64,000 nucleotides of DNA, from NCBI GenBank assembly GCA_965285935.1, contig OZ260662.1:36456001-36520000 (forward strand), written 5' to 3'. The notes below the pieces were generated by a model, which was not told the DNA's origin, ran no database searches, and saw nothing but the letters and a program-made list of their open reading frames with translations. Shown here in pieces: positions 26,897 through 40,487 of this stretch. Position numbers and translations under genes: made by a program. Positions within the stretch are counted from its first letter, which is position 1. Every line of letters starts with the position of its first letter. The stretch is from Ophelia neglecta (lineage: Eukaryota).

Positions 26897-29800
26897 GTAG
26901 GCAACCCATTTCTCCCCTCATTCTATATAATATGAAATGTCTTTTTACTCATTTTCAGAAGCAATTCTGAACACAACCATCTCCCTTGGAAGATAAATCT
27001 CTAGGTTTTTTTGTTGTTGTTAATAGATATTCTATGGGACCAGGGTTCCATGTGCTAGGAGGCCTCATTGGTTCGCAGAGCTAATTTAAACCAATTAGAT
27101 TTCAGAGAAGTTTGAGTTTGCAAGCTGGGAGAAAAGATTCAAACCAATCATTATTATCAGTCTGACATAACTTAAAATGAACTTCTTTGAAGTTAAGGCA
27201 TGAAAACATATTCTGTTTTCTATAAATGACAGAGTTCCAGATAAGTCTAGTTAGATATAAAAGTTATTTCATATAATTAAATTATTTTCACAAGAAGAAA
27301 AAATGGAATTGTAGATCAAAAAATGACTTCCATTTTATTAATAATTAGTTGTCAAATTCTAAATCAATTATGTTTTAATTGAATGTCTCACTGCAACATC
27401 CAGTAACTACCTAGAACAAAGCCCAGCCGGGAATGACAAACCAGAGCTGGTCTCTGCCATTATGTTTGTTTCATGCCAGTGCCATCTAGTATGTTAGTTC
27501 TATACACCCCTTGCCTGGTGCATTTAGAACCAGAATAGTCATCAACACAGCCTTGTGGTAATTAACAACCAGAAATAAACTACTGCCTGAATCATAGATT
27601 ATATCATCCCTCCAGGCCTGCCCTTGTCAGTCTTTATATCAATGGCCGATGTTTTGTATTGAAAAAAGACAGTACGACAATCGCTCAACCTCTGTCACCC
27701 AAGTCAGTCATGTTGTAATGATTTGAAAGGTAATGATATAAAAATGATTTTAACAATAGGAATTAAAAGTTGATGATCAGTGACCTTTCATATGATTATG
27801 AAAGTGCACTTTATTCTTCCTTTTTGTGTTTTGTTGCCTGTAAGGCCATTTTAGCTGTTTCCTATAAATAAATAAAGATGACACTAATCATTTTAATAGT
27901 GAATAAATATTATTCTTGTCCAATATTTTATGTTTCATAGCAAATAAAAGAACCATGCAAGGCAGTTTTGTGTCATTTATGTAGCTGGGGCAATAAATCA
28001 TGATATATTCTTTGACTGATTGTGTCTCTGGGAGTTGATGACATGAGGTATTTTAAACTACAATCAAGTGTCCCCCACAAAGTGTCAGTAAATCCTTGAG
28101 GCTCAAGCTTGGCTGCACAAGATGTACTAGTGAATAATTGTATGATGTGGTGATAGTCGGTTAGTCACCCATTCTTAATTCTCTCTCCTCCCCATTTTAA
28201 AGTGCTATGAGACATGGCGGTCTGCTCCCCACGCAGGGGTCCACTGACTGCAGGGTGCTCAGGGTTGAAGGTAACACCTTTATTTGACCTCCCAGGTCAT
28301 ACGTGGTTGACTGGCACAGATCCATGCGATCACACCCAAATACTAATACTCAACATCATTTATTTTTTTATTCTTGATGTACTGAGTAAGGTGAGGTTAA
28401 ATGAATCCTCCTCCTACTTTATGCTATAGGTACTGTCGGTTGCAATTTATGCTACACTGTCAAGTAAATATGGTACATGAGATATATGTATACAGTTTTA
28501 TGCCTGTGTGACTTGATCTTTTTATCCTGCTCTGCAGAGTAGTGCAAGGATTTACAAAATGTTCAGCAGGGCCAAATAGCTAGAAAACAGAAGCAGAAGT
28601 GGCAGAGGACTTTATGCTACAGCGGAGTACATGCTTTGAAAGCAAACACTGACCATCAGACGTACCGAAGTCTTGAAAATTATTATTTTCCCAAAAGTTT
28701 ATCATGTGCATATAGCTGGTTCCACTATTTAGCTAATGCCACGTAAAGAATAATGGCGAAGAAGTCATTTTGGCCAGACAGCCTGCGCTTTTGCATACTA
28801 TCTTCATTTTCTTGGCCGCACATCGCACGATGACCCTGGAACACATGGGCGAAATTGCACTAGGAATATGCCATAAACAATCGCCTATGAGTGCATGGGA
28901 GGCATACTTTTTGATCAACTCAGACGCATGTCAAGATAACCAGCTGCCATTGGTTATAACCTGAAAGTAATATTAAATAAAGCAACAAGTGTAGTAAAAA
29001 CAATATTTTTGTTGCTATTATCTCTGATCGGTCCCTGTAATGAACAAAAAATGATTGCATTGGAATCCACCGGCTGGTCCTGCTGGATTGAGTTTATCAG
29101 TTTATCGCCCATCTGCACATTTTGTTAACATAGCATTGGCATAGGATTTTCAGCATTTTTTGGCAATGAATATGATTGTGGAGATGATTTTTGGTAGTTT
29201 GAAGTTGTAAAGCCACTTGGACAAGTACCTAGGATCAAACAATTGTATGTTAGACCATACTGGAATTTGCACAAAAGCAGACGGGCCCTACCAGTGCTGT
29301 CAGTACTAAACTGCTTGCTCTGTGAAAAGCAGCTGTGTGATGAAAAAATGAATTCTAAACCTTTTGACCCATGCCCATGACTAGTTTTCCAGCGGGGCTT
29401 TGCACCTATGTGTCTTGTTTATGATGTCGCATTATGTTGCATGGGTTCTTCATGTACTTGTACTTGTACTTTGACATTGTCAGTATCAGTATTAAACCCT
29501 TTTGGTGACAAATATTGTCCGTTTTGAGTTGGCTAAAAGCCAATCAGTTGTATTAAGCAATGTTTCTTGTCACATTCATGTACATGTACTGAAAGGTACA
29601 TGTTATCTTCTTTGGTACATTTTTGGTACAAGTTAAAACCCTCTTTATATTAATAAGACTGTTGTTATCTAGATACCTTGGCAAAGAAGAGTTCTAGTGT
29701 CTGTAGTTTACTGTAGAGGACATTTTGTACCTATACATGTACATGTATTTACTGACGAATGGTAGCATTACAAAGTGGGCCTCTTGTACATGTATATAGA

Positions 29801-32800
29801 TGTACTTATAAAAGTGTAGACTAAAGGCTATAGCCCTGCAGCATCTTGTGGCCTAACAGGGCCTAGGGTGCTGAAAGGGCAGAGCAATAGTGACTGTGCT
29901 AAGTGTCACTATTCCAGCAAGTGGCTGCGTCTCAAGCATTGTGTTGCATGTCAATATGTGATAGGTCTTCTTAAATTAAAGGCCAGATAGTTAAAGTGTC
30001 GTAGGTCAGTGTGAAAGAGGTTTCAAGCCACTGTTTAAATGGCGTTCATCTTTAAGAGGGATGTGGCAATAGAGGATATTTTTATCAAGTATTCCCATTG
30101 TCATAAAACACTATTTTTACTGACATTTTTCTATAGATTGCATATTTAGTCACTTTAACTGCCTAAAGCTAGATGTGTACATGTTTATGAACTGACAAAA
30201 ACACAGCTGTACTGCATAATAATAGCAACAGCTGTGGTGTAGGTTGGTTCATTTTTTTCTGCATACAATGTTATTCAACCTGTGACTACCAAAAAAAGGG
30301 CGATGGAAGATGGAAGTTAATTATAACAATTGAAAAAAGAGAGCTGGGTGCAATAGATGGAAACATGATCAGCCCCCCATCTGGTGCTGTACTAAAATCC
30401 AACCTACAATGCATGCCTCTAATACACTTGCACAGAGCCCTGTTTTTTGCGCTCTTGAGCTTAATAGTATGATTACAGCTGAATTCATGAAACAAATCTT
30501 TGAATGAAAGTTGTCTGTATAGCAAATCTATATAGGAGTGTACACAAATACATGTGTGCATAATTGTAAAAATTCTTATGCAAAATACATGGAAAAGATA
30601 CATAGATGTACTTATGATATAATGTGCAACACCATTGGAAACCAAAATTGCATTTCTTTATATTGTGAGTAAGCACACTCAAGTCCAAAGAATGTCAAGA
30701 GATATATACACTTGTCATCTACATATACGTAATAAGAAACCCAGTCATGTATGAAATGTATAAGAGAGTTATATTTACCAACTTCAAAAGATAGGCAAAG
30801 GTAAGAAAAATAATGTCTCCAATAGATACATGTAAATTTATCTCTGCACTGTTTACCTTTTTATAGGGACATAGTATAAATTTAGGAACCAGTCATTTTG
30901 GGATCAGGAGAAGAGAGGGGGATTTTTGAGATAATATTTTTGTCTGGAACCAAGAGGCAGGGGGGCCTTATTCTGGTCAAACTTTAAGGTGGGGGAGATT
31001 TTTTTGAACTGTACATACATGTACTGGTACATAGATATATGTCACTTATACTCTTGAGTTGCATGTTGCATCAATGTTGAAGGCTTATGGACATTACTAA
31101 AATTTTATACTCTTGGAGATGCACGTCTTTCACAGCATGCTCTTAACAGAACACACTTAATTCAGAGTAAATGACTTTTGGGCATGATTCCCTGTGTTTC
31201 TGCTTCCTTCATATAGCTCCCCTTTAGGCTTTAACTAAAGCCCATTAGTTCTCATCTATGCATGTGTCATTTTGAGGTACATGTCAACCTTTTCCTTTTC
31301 AAAATTAAAAAATGCTGCCCTCATCACTGAAGAGTGAATCCATAAAGATCATTTTTATTTTTCATAGTTTTTAACACAAATTTTCCTCAGAAAAGGAAAT
31401 TTAAAATGGTTATTTCATTTCATATTATTTCTTATTATCCCTTTGATGTGGCACATGCATTTCACACAACCCGAAAAATGATAGAATTTCCTGTAGTGCT
31501 GCTCTCAGCAAATCTCTGATTGGTCAAAAATAAAGGAATGTTTTGAATTCTCAGTATCCAAGATATCTTAAACTTGTCATATGTGGCTATGATACTTGAT
31601 TTTTCGAACTTCCTAGTGAACCACTCTTTCTGCCATTGCTGCGTAGCCCGGGTGCAAAGCTTTACCGAAGTCACTTGTTTGAAAAATTTCTATGCCCTAT
31701 TAATAAGAAATATGAACTGTAGACTAAGAGAAAGCCATTGAAATATAGGAGTTCACCCCATCCGATCACAAAGTTTCTGAGCTAAACCTGGGACTTGTTT
31801 TTTAGCATAACATCCATTTAAAAGGCAAAAATCAACTAACCGAGCTTTTGGCTTTACATAGACATATATGTCTTGCGTGATGCTCCCGGAAATAATTGTA
31901 AATTCTGCTAAAATCTCAACCATGAACCGGGTGAAATGAAATGGATATTTTTGGGCCTTACAGAGATAACTATAGGTGGCCTTCTTATAACTTGATACAT
32001 GTTTATTACTAGACAGGGCTTTCACACTTTCAACCGTAGTTTAATACAATCTAGCAGTGTTAAACCCCATCTTTGATAAGCACGATGTGTGTTTCACAGG
32101 TAAAGTGGCAAAACCCTTCCATATCAAAGTGCCTTGAAAAAGGGGCAGGCTCTTTCGATATGTTGTCCTTTTATCAATCGCTAAGGGGCTCAAAAATTTT
32201 ACACCATTCTGAGTGTCACACAATCCATTGATAACTTAAGCCACATAAATTGACCTTCTCGATTTGACATATCTATATGTCTACTGGAATATTAGCATAT
32301 TACAGTGAAATTATGGCTTTTTGGCTATTTGTCTGCTATCTTTATGGAAAACATTGCCCCAAATCATTAATAAGCCATGGCTAAATGGTATGTAAATTTT
32401 TTAACACTATTTATGTGTTTGCATATAGGCAGGAGACATTTTTCTATTGGATGCTTATGCATAGGCCTACTACAAACAGGCCAGCACAGTGCCTCATAGT
32501 GCTCAACTCTGGTACCATCAGTGCCGCCGTCAGACTCTCTTAGCTCATGGGAGATTGGTTGTACTTTGTTGTATTATATGCTGTTTCAAGATAGTGTGTT
32601 GGTCATGATTTACACATAAAGGATCTGTGGAAATATGTTTAAAATTTGTTCAAATTATTGTTCTTAGTTTGCCTTTTTTTTATTAAACAAGTGAACCTGG
32701 CACACAGATAAGACAAAATAACTAAATCATTGCCTATGATAATTTAGCATGTCGGCGGCAATCACCTGTATGTGCCTAAAAGGGGTTCAGATAGTTTTAA

Positions 32801-35800
32801 GATTTTAAACAAACATTGTTTTTTTATCCAAAGTAGTATAACATCACTCTTAAATATTTTGCTTGAATCCCAAACTGCATCCAATATCCAAGCATATAAA
32901 TATTTGTAGAATAATCAATATATAGATTTTTGTGTGGAACTAATGGACATTTTACATGCCTTTATGCAAAATTCATGATCTGACATTCAAATGTAGTTCA
33001 ATGTGATGCTTGTATGTACCATTTAAAGCTGGTCATGGGATGAAAAGCCTTCGGAACTTGATATATTCGTAATCAACGAATATGTTTTGGCAGGAAAAAT
33101 AATTCACCAAGACATAAATTACACTTTCATCTTATTTTCCTCCTATTATGTAGCATTCTTTGTTTCTTCCACGACAGTTCTGTTCATGTTACTCGTGTTG
33201 AAAACTGCTCTCCGCTTTGTTCAGACTTGCTGTTTAATGCAGTGTCGGCAATTTTGAAATGAGAGCATTTGTACAAACATTGGTGATGTCAGGTCGAGTG
33301 ACGGAGGCTATTTGTGCCACACTCTGATTGGACAATTGCATCTGGCTTGGCCTCTCTACATGTTTTTGATGAAATTGTTATTGATTGGATATTGGGCACT
33401 CTGGCCCTTCATAAAGATTCTTATCAGATTTAGTAAACAATGCCCCGGCCGGAGACCTTGGGTTATGTCTGCCCTTACCTCTTCTAGCTGATAAAAAACT
33501 TTTGCCATGGCTAAGCCTCATGCGGTTTGTTTGCACTTCATACTTTGGTCAATATTGCATTCAATACAGCAGGTCTCCATATCGTTTTGCCAGCCATGAA
33601 AGGCTCATGACTATGTATAGAAGATTTATTTACTAACGTCTTGTGGATGAGATAATATTTGTTAAGCACATGAGAATAATTCGGTCAATCGACTGTGTTT
33701 TCTCTCCACTTGATGGTGGCCTTGGATGTCCCCGAACTGTCCGTATCGATGTGTATACCTTTGTCCAAGGCAGGCTGTGTCAGAACTAGGCTGGCCTCAC
33801 ACCATTGACCAAATACAGAAGACCTTGGAAGGTCTCCTTGATTTCCCACCAGATATTGCACAAAGGCTATACAAGACATATTCAAACATACCTTCAAAGG
33901 GGAAGCCTGAAAAAGCTTTGACAATATGATCAATAAATCTATGAGTGGTTCTTTAGAGTTTTTTTTCTTCTTTTCTTACCACTCAAGGTGTATGTGATTT
34001 ACAATTTTAAAAGCCAAAATGTTTAACCCAAATCATTATTCAATTCATAACATACATTTTAATGCTTAATTTATTTTTACCTCCCAAGTTATGAACAACT
34101 TTATTCAGCTGCCAAAAGTAATTACAAGAACCAAATATTTTTTGATTTTTCAATCACCATAATAATATAAAATGGTCATGAATACTACATGGCAGAATAT
34201 CGTTCTCATATGTGTATTGACATTGCAATTAAGCCTTATGACTTAATATGGGCATTCAAACCTTCTGTTAATGTAATTTGTGAATAGCCAAGTTTTTTAC
34301 GTGTTGGGATTTAAATGCACATTCCTTCTCATTTAAATTCTGCCAAACTTGGAAATTTCAGCACATGTGATTAACTGTGCTACACCCTCATCATTATATG
34401 ACCTTTAGAGAAAACATCTTTCTCTAATTAATATTAATCATAGAAAGATAGAAAATGTACCTGTCATGCAATGCTGTTGTTATTCATTGTCACACTGTAT
34501 TTTCTTGCCGGATTACTGTTGGATGCGAGTTCAAATTCTTAATTAGTTCTGATAAACACTTGTAATCATCTTTCTTTAGTTGCATGCAAAGGATTAAAGG
34601 ATGATAGGTAGCCTAGAAATGTAATGATGTGGAATTAAAGCCACAAAACCTGCTGTTGATAGAGCCAGGTAGCATTGGGTTTTCCTAATTACAAGCGACC
34701 AGGTGATAGGCTGAGCTGCTAGATTAGTGCTACCAGTAATTATCAACAATATGAAAAATGTGTCAAGTCATGAAATGAGCTTTCATAATTATCTGCTTTA
34801 TTTTGAAAACCTACATACTTAATTGTACTCTCAGAATAATCTGTGCTTCTAAGCAGATTTGCAGTTTATGGTGCTCTCATAGCAAGCTTAGCAAGAATTA
34901 TTATTCCAGGGCATCCATTCAATGGCTTAATATTTGCCTTTAAAAAATAGTTACACATGTACATGTACATGTGTTGACTTCATTCATGACCAAGTTTCTA
35001 GATCACTAGATATAGTCAAAGTCTTTTTGAAGGGATCAAAACTTGACCAGTCTAGCTTGGGGGCATGATAGAAAAGCAGCCTGCGCAAGTATGGGCCATA
35101 TTGCGATCTGTTGTTCTTTAAATTTTGCCCCATAATCTGGCAATAATTATCACAAGAAAGACATATAGCATCACTACCAGGTGCAGGCGCAGCACCCAGA
35201 AAAATGTCAGAAATTTCATCAGGACAGTTATAAACCGCCCCTTCTTTTGAAATATGTTTATTGGCAAAGCCTACAACTCGTTAATTAAGTTATGAACATA
35301 ACTAAAATATAGCATGTTTGAAGACCTTAAAAGATCCAATATGTCTGGGACCTCTTCTTGTAGGTCATGTTGAAAAACTGAATATTCTGGGGCTTGCTGT
35401 GGCTTAATGGGGTCAGATAGGCTGAGGTAGGCACATTAAATACATTGAATACTAATCAGAGTTCAAACGCAACGAATCTAGTAGTGACCTTGAATATGTC
35501 TTTGACATCAGGGTTAAATCATACATGAAAACTTTGTTCACGTCATATGCATTGAATTTACAGATGAACTTGGATTTGACCTTAACCTAATTCAAGAAAA
35601 ATCCAGTTTGATACTGGGATTATGATATAATTTAAACAGAAAATTCAAAAAAGCTTGATTGGACAAATTTAATTGTATATTATAAAGTCACGTTGAAGGA
35701 TCGTCCAATTAAAAAACGGCTTTTCACAGATTCCACAATTCACAGGCCAGTGTGCATTTATTGGTTGTAACATGAAATAAGTGTCTCCCTCAAAATGGAT

Positions 35801-38800
35801 GGTGAACACTTAATTCAATTTCACTCTTTTTCTTTCTTTCATAAATATGTTATAAAAGCACTCAGGCTATTATGGCACAGTTTGAAGAAGGACCTGGGTG
35901 TGCTAAAAAGATGGAACCTTCTCTTTTTTGGTATGAATCTCTGTGAATACCACATAAGCACATTCCTTTATTGAAACTCTAAACCTGACATGCTCTGTAG
36001 ATTTAAGTGTTAAAATTCACGTCTACATGGCGGAGGGTGTAGTGGAAACCGACCCTCGCAAATCTTGACAAATAGTAGTTGCCAAGTGACACTGGCACTC
36101 TATCAGAGCTGAGTTGGGGCTGCGTTAGCAGGGTGACTTGGTGATCAAGGTGATCAGGGCTTTGATTGATCAGGGCTAATCCACAATGACCATTGTGATT
36201 AGAGCTCTGTGGGAGTAACTGCTGCCCAGGATTCAGTGCTATTGCCATAGGGACCACATGGGTTAGCTGTTGTGCACGTCTGCTTGCTGGTAAACAGTTT
36301 CCCAAAATGAATGGATGGCAACCAAAATGAGCCAATTCTCTACTCTGCTTAAACTGAAAATGTTCTATATGTGTAAAACTCAGCTAATCAACTGGTTAAG
36401 TGACATCTTTTTAGTAATGGTGACCTTTACTTAGTGCGGATTGTCTGAGTAGACTACTACCAGATAATGAACCCTTGCATCCAGTTAGGTGATGTGTCAT
36501 GGAATGTCAAATAATTGGTGTTATTTCTTTTCGGAGATTAATGAAATTGTCTGTAATATATGTAATTTAAGACTGACAAGTTCATGGATGGGTGTGGGAC
36601 CTCCTTTATGGCAGTCCTCTTCAACAGTCTAATGCAAAATGTACATGGTAGTATGATACAGTATAGTATGGTAGCTACATTTTATGTAGGGATGTTGTTA
36701 TTGCATGTAGAATCATGAATAATTATTAAATATATAATGGAGTAAGCTGTTACATACAGCCTTTCCTTCGGATTATATGTTTCCTTGTGTACAAAATATT
36801 TTGTGAGGGTTAATTCAACCCAATAGCTGACAACAGGCAATTATAACATGAATTTCAACTAAGACAGATTGGGGTAAACATTTAGAATATTGCTGAATGA
36901 AATAGAGGCTAATTTTGCAAAAAAAAATGAATTGACAATGTGCTAGAATATGTTGTTGAAGCTGTGGTGGTGTTGCCTTTAGGTTAAGAAGTGTCCTTGC
37001 TGCCCTGTCTCCTTCCATACTATGTGATGACCGCCAACATGAATTCCATGAATATTTCTGGATGTTTGATTGCTCCTCGTGGCCCATTTATAATTGAGTG
37101 CAGCTTGACCACACATAAAATTTAGTGTCTTAAGGTTTTTACAGCGCATCTGTTATTACATCTTAGGTCATTAACCAAGTTTATTTCTTGCAATATTTAT
37201 AGATTTCCTAGTTTCTCTTGGCAAATCAAAGAGAATAACAAAGTTATGGCTTTTGGCTGCTATAAAGCTAGAATTACAGTGAGTCGTATAAAATATGTTC
37301 CAACTTCTGTTTCCCTGAGTATAACGCAATAACACTCAGGTTATTGTCATTTCTTCACAAGGCATGCCTTTTTGTATACAATGGCTTATCAGGAGGAAGA
37401 CAAAAAGAAAATGAAATCAGATCGCTGTTCCCTGGTGTTCACCAGGAACCAGTGGGGCCTACTTGGATAAAGCCATCAAAGCGTTCTCTGTGATGTCCAA
37501 TTTGCTGTGGAGAACATTAAAACCTTACATCTACCCACGGAAATTAATGAAACCGCAGCCCAGACAATTTAGCGTGTAGTGTTAGTCAGGCCGGGATATT
37601 ATGTCAATAAAATAGATGATGTTGTGTGAGCGGAGTCTCGGAATGACCACTCGTAGCCACAAATACTGCCACCCTCCATGACAGATTATGCTCCCGGGCC
37701 TTCAAGATAGGGGGTATTTGCTCCCCAGTTCTGGGTTTGAAGAGAAATTGTCTACTGAACTCATGGTCAAGAATATGAATTGGCTTTCCAAAGCCCTTGC
37801 CTGGCATTCACTTTCGGCAGGCGAGCCCTTTAAAATATCTTTTGGGGATGGCTTCATTTTTCTTGCATGCATGACTTAATGCCAGTCTTTCCTAGCATGC
37901 AACCCAGGCATATAGTAGTAAGGGTCTCTGTTTTATCTGTGCTTTGAAATTAGTTGCACAATTGGGTAAATACATCTGTTCATATGTTACCTGAAAGCGA
38001 CAAGACAGAATCAACCTACACTAAATATATTATGTTTTAGTTTTGGCATCAGTGTGTGGACAGGGAGTTAAACTGGACATCCGCCAACAGCAAAAACTGC
38101 TGTAAACAACTTCATTGGATTAAATGTTGTCTTAGCACTTCAGCTGTCAGAGAGAAGACAATGAATGGTCCCTTTGGCCGCTCCCAATGTTTGTTGAGCA
38201 CTTTTTGTTGGGCAAGAGAGGAGATAACGTGCATGATATTGTGTAATAAATGTGTCCCTTGTATTGAGTTTGCTGGCCATGAGAGCTGGGTTGGACAGAG
38301 GTGATGATTTTGGTCCTAGGTTGTAATAAACCACACAGCTATGGCCTTTTGATTGCCTAGAGACGGTAAAGCTGTCCTCATGACAAACCACCTCTTTATC
38401 ATTGCATGACACAATTTCTTTGTAGCAAATTTACCTGGTCATTTTAAAAATGAGTCCTGCAAATTTTATAGTGAAGAAGGCTGTAAATTTGCTGTTTTAT
38501 CTGCTTCTAGTCACCTCGAAATAGATGGTCCCTCACATTAACTTTCCATTTGGGTCTTTCTGTGAAATAAAAGATTGGCACAGTATAGAATCAGGAGTGT
38601 ATCATGACAGGTTTTCTAAGTCTGACTTACATGTATATGTATGAGTTACTGCTGTGGGAGAGAGGAAAGCAAAACCTGCATTTCAAGCTACGTACAAGGC
38701 AGCTTGCCTCTTATATAATATTAACCTCACTTTTTAAAACTTAATGTATTAACAAAATATTATGTTTTCACCTAAAACATGACTACAGAACTTTGAATAA

Positions 38801-39386
38801 AGGAGGTTTATTAACACTTATTCCATTTACTTCCTTTCCTAAGATCTTTGTCTATCAAACTGCTGAAATTTATTAATTTTATACATGTCAGGAAAATCTA
38901 CTGTTGGTATAGTTCAAATAAAAGGTAAATGATGTAGCAGCAGGAGTAGGTATAGGAGTAAATCATTTCTGTTATTTATGATTGAACTAGGGCAGTTAAC
39001 CAGTATAGCATGGTTGAACAGATATATAAAATAATATATTATTCATACTTCTTACATTCTGCTATGTGGTTTACAAATGGCATAAAAAGACATATTGTAT
39101 GTGTCAAAATTGAAGTCGTACGTTCTAGCAAGTTTACCTTTAGAGAATAAGAAATGCCATTCATCCCCTGTGCAAAAAATTCTGCAATTGTCCTAGCCTT
39201 TGTTAATGAATATTAAATTGATATCACTTTTGTTGCTAGAAATTATTTGCCATTGATAATAATAAAAAATGCTTCAAGAGATGCATGGACAGCACTTAGA
39301 TTGTAGGACACAAATTTCATATTCTGCGTGACTTGAAAGGATAATATATAGTTTTACATATCACGCTCCTTTTATATATTTTGCAG

Positions 39387-39527
39387 GCTTCTTCAAAAGA
39401 ACAGTCCAAAACAAGAAAGTCTATTCATGTGTTGATAACAGAAATTGCCTCATTGACAAAACACAACGGAAAAGATGTCCATACTGCCGGTTTCAAAAAT
39501 GTTTAAGTGTAGGAATGAAACTGGAAG
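39387..39527 (+). CDS. ftz-f1: NR5A/FTZ-F1 nuclear receptor exon encoding zinc finger 2 of the DNA-binding domain (absent from the ORF track)
   Basis: Acceptor atattttgcag|GC. Manual translation gives (G)[46 protein letters not shown], a typical NR5A second finger. Donor GAA G|gtagga. Length 141 nt, phase 1-1, in frame with the previous exon. Confidence 0.97.
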
Positions 39528-39811
39528 GTAGGATTCTTCATTTATCAATTCAAATAACACAGTAACTCCCATTTTATCTATGAATTAAAACACACCAATA
39601 GAATGAGTGCCAAATACATGTACATGTATATGCAGAAGTGCATCAAAACACATTAAAAGATACAAGAATATGTGGAACAGTGAAATAGATTTTGATATGC
39701 CCTTCATAACTTGGTACATACATGTTCAAGTCGTGTGTGGAGATTTGCCAGTTATGAGTTCAGTCAGTTAGTTTTCCTGATGCCTTGCCCATTGGTTGTG
39801 AGTGTACATGT

Positions 39812-40487
39812 TGTGTCAGTCTCCTGGCATGGCCTTGTTTGCATGTGAGATGTATGCTAGTGTATGTGTCAGTCTCCTGCCATGGCCTTGTTTGTATGAG
39901 AGATGTATGCTAGTGGTTGTGTCAGTCCCTTGCCATGGCCTTGTTTGTATGAGAGATGTATGCTAGTGTAAATGTCAGTCTCCTGCCATGGCCTTGTTTG
40001 TATGAGAGATGTATGCTAGTGGTTGTGTCAGTCCCTTGCCATGGCCTTGCTTGTATGAGAGATGTATGCTAGTGTTAATGTCAGTCTCCTGCCATGGCCT
40101 TGTTTGTATGAGAGATATATGCTAGTGTAAATGTCAGCCTCCTGCCATGGCCTTGTTTGTATGAGAGATGTATGTAAGTATGTGTCAGTCTCCTGCCATG
40201 GCCTTGTTTGTATGAGAGATGTATGCTAGTGTAAATGTCAGTCTCCTGCCATGGCCTTGTTTGTATGAGAGATGTATGTAAGTATGTGTCAGTCTCCTGC
40301 CATGGCCTTGTTTGTATGAGAGATGTATGTAAGTATATGTCAGTCTCCTGCCATGGCCTTGTTTGTGTGAGAGATTATCTTAGTGTGTAGGTTAGTCTTT
40401 TGGCAAGGCCTTGTTTGTATGAAATGTGTATCTTAGTGTGTGTTAGTCTTCTGGTAAGGCCTTGTGTGTATGAAACATGTATGTTAG
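39812..40487. repeat. 51/53-bp minisatellite, about 13 copies, each with a GGCCTTG core
   Basis: Unit similar to TGTCAGTCTCCTGCCATGGCCTTGTTTGTATGAGAGATGTATGCTAGTGTAAA. TGGCCTTG starts at 39830, 39883, 39936, 39989, 40042, 40095, 40148, 40199, 40252, 40303 and 40354, followed by two diverged copies. Confidence 0.97.

Noticed and set aside
26644-26970. 108-aa ORF as a complete gene
   Set aside because: Only 26768-26896 is exon. The flanks are read-through into intron sequence beyond clear splice sites.
38144-38185. ag|CT GTC AGA GAG... translating AVREKTMNGPFG, superficially like the FTZ-F1/T-box exon start
   Set aside because: It lies upstream of the zinc-finger-2 exon (wrong order) and lacks the conserved DRMRGGRNKFG. 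Treated as chance.
39812-40487. CRISPR-like regularly spaced repeats
   Set aside because: Whole units repeat with no unique spacers, there are no cas genes, and the context is a eukaryotic intron. It is a minisatellite.
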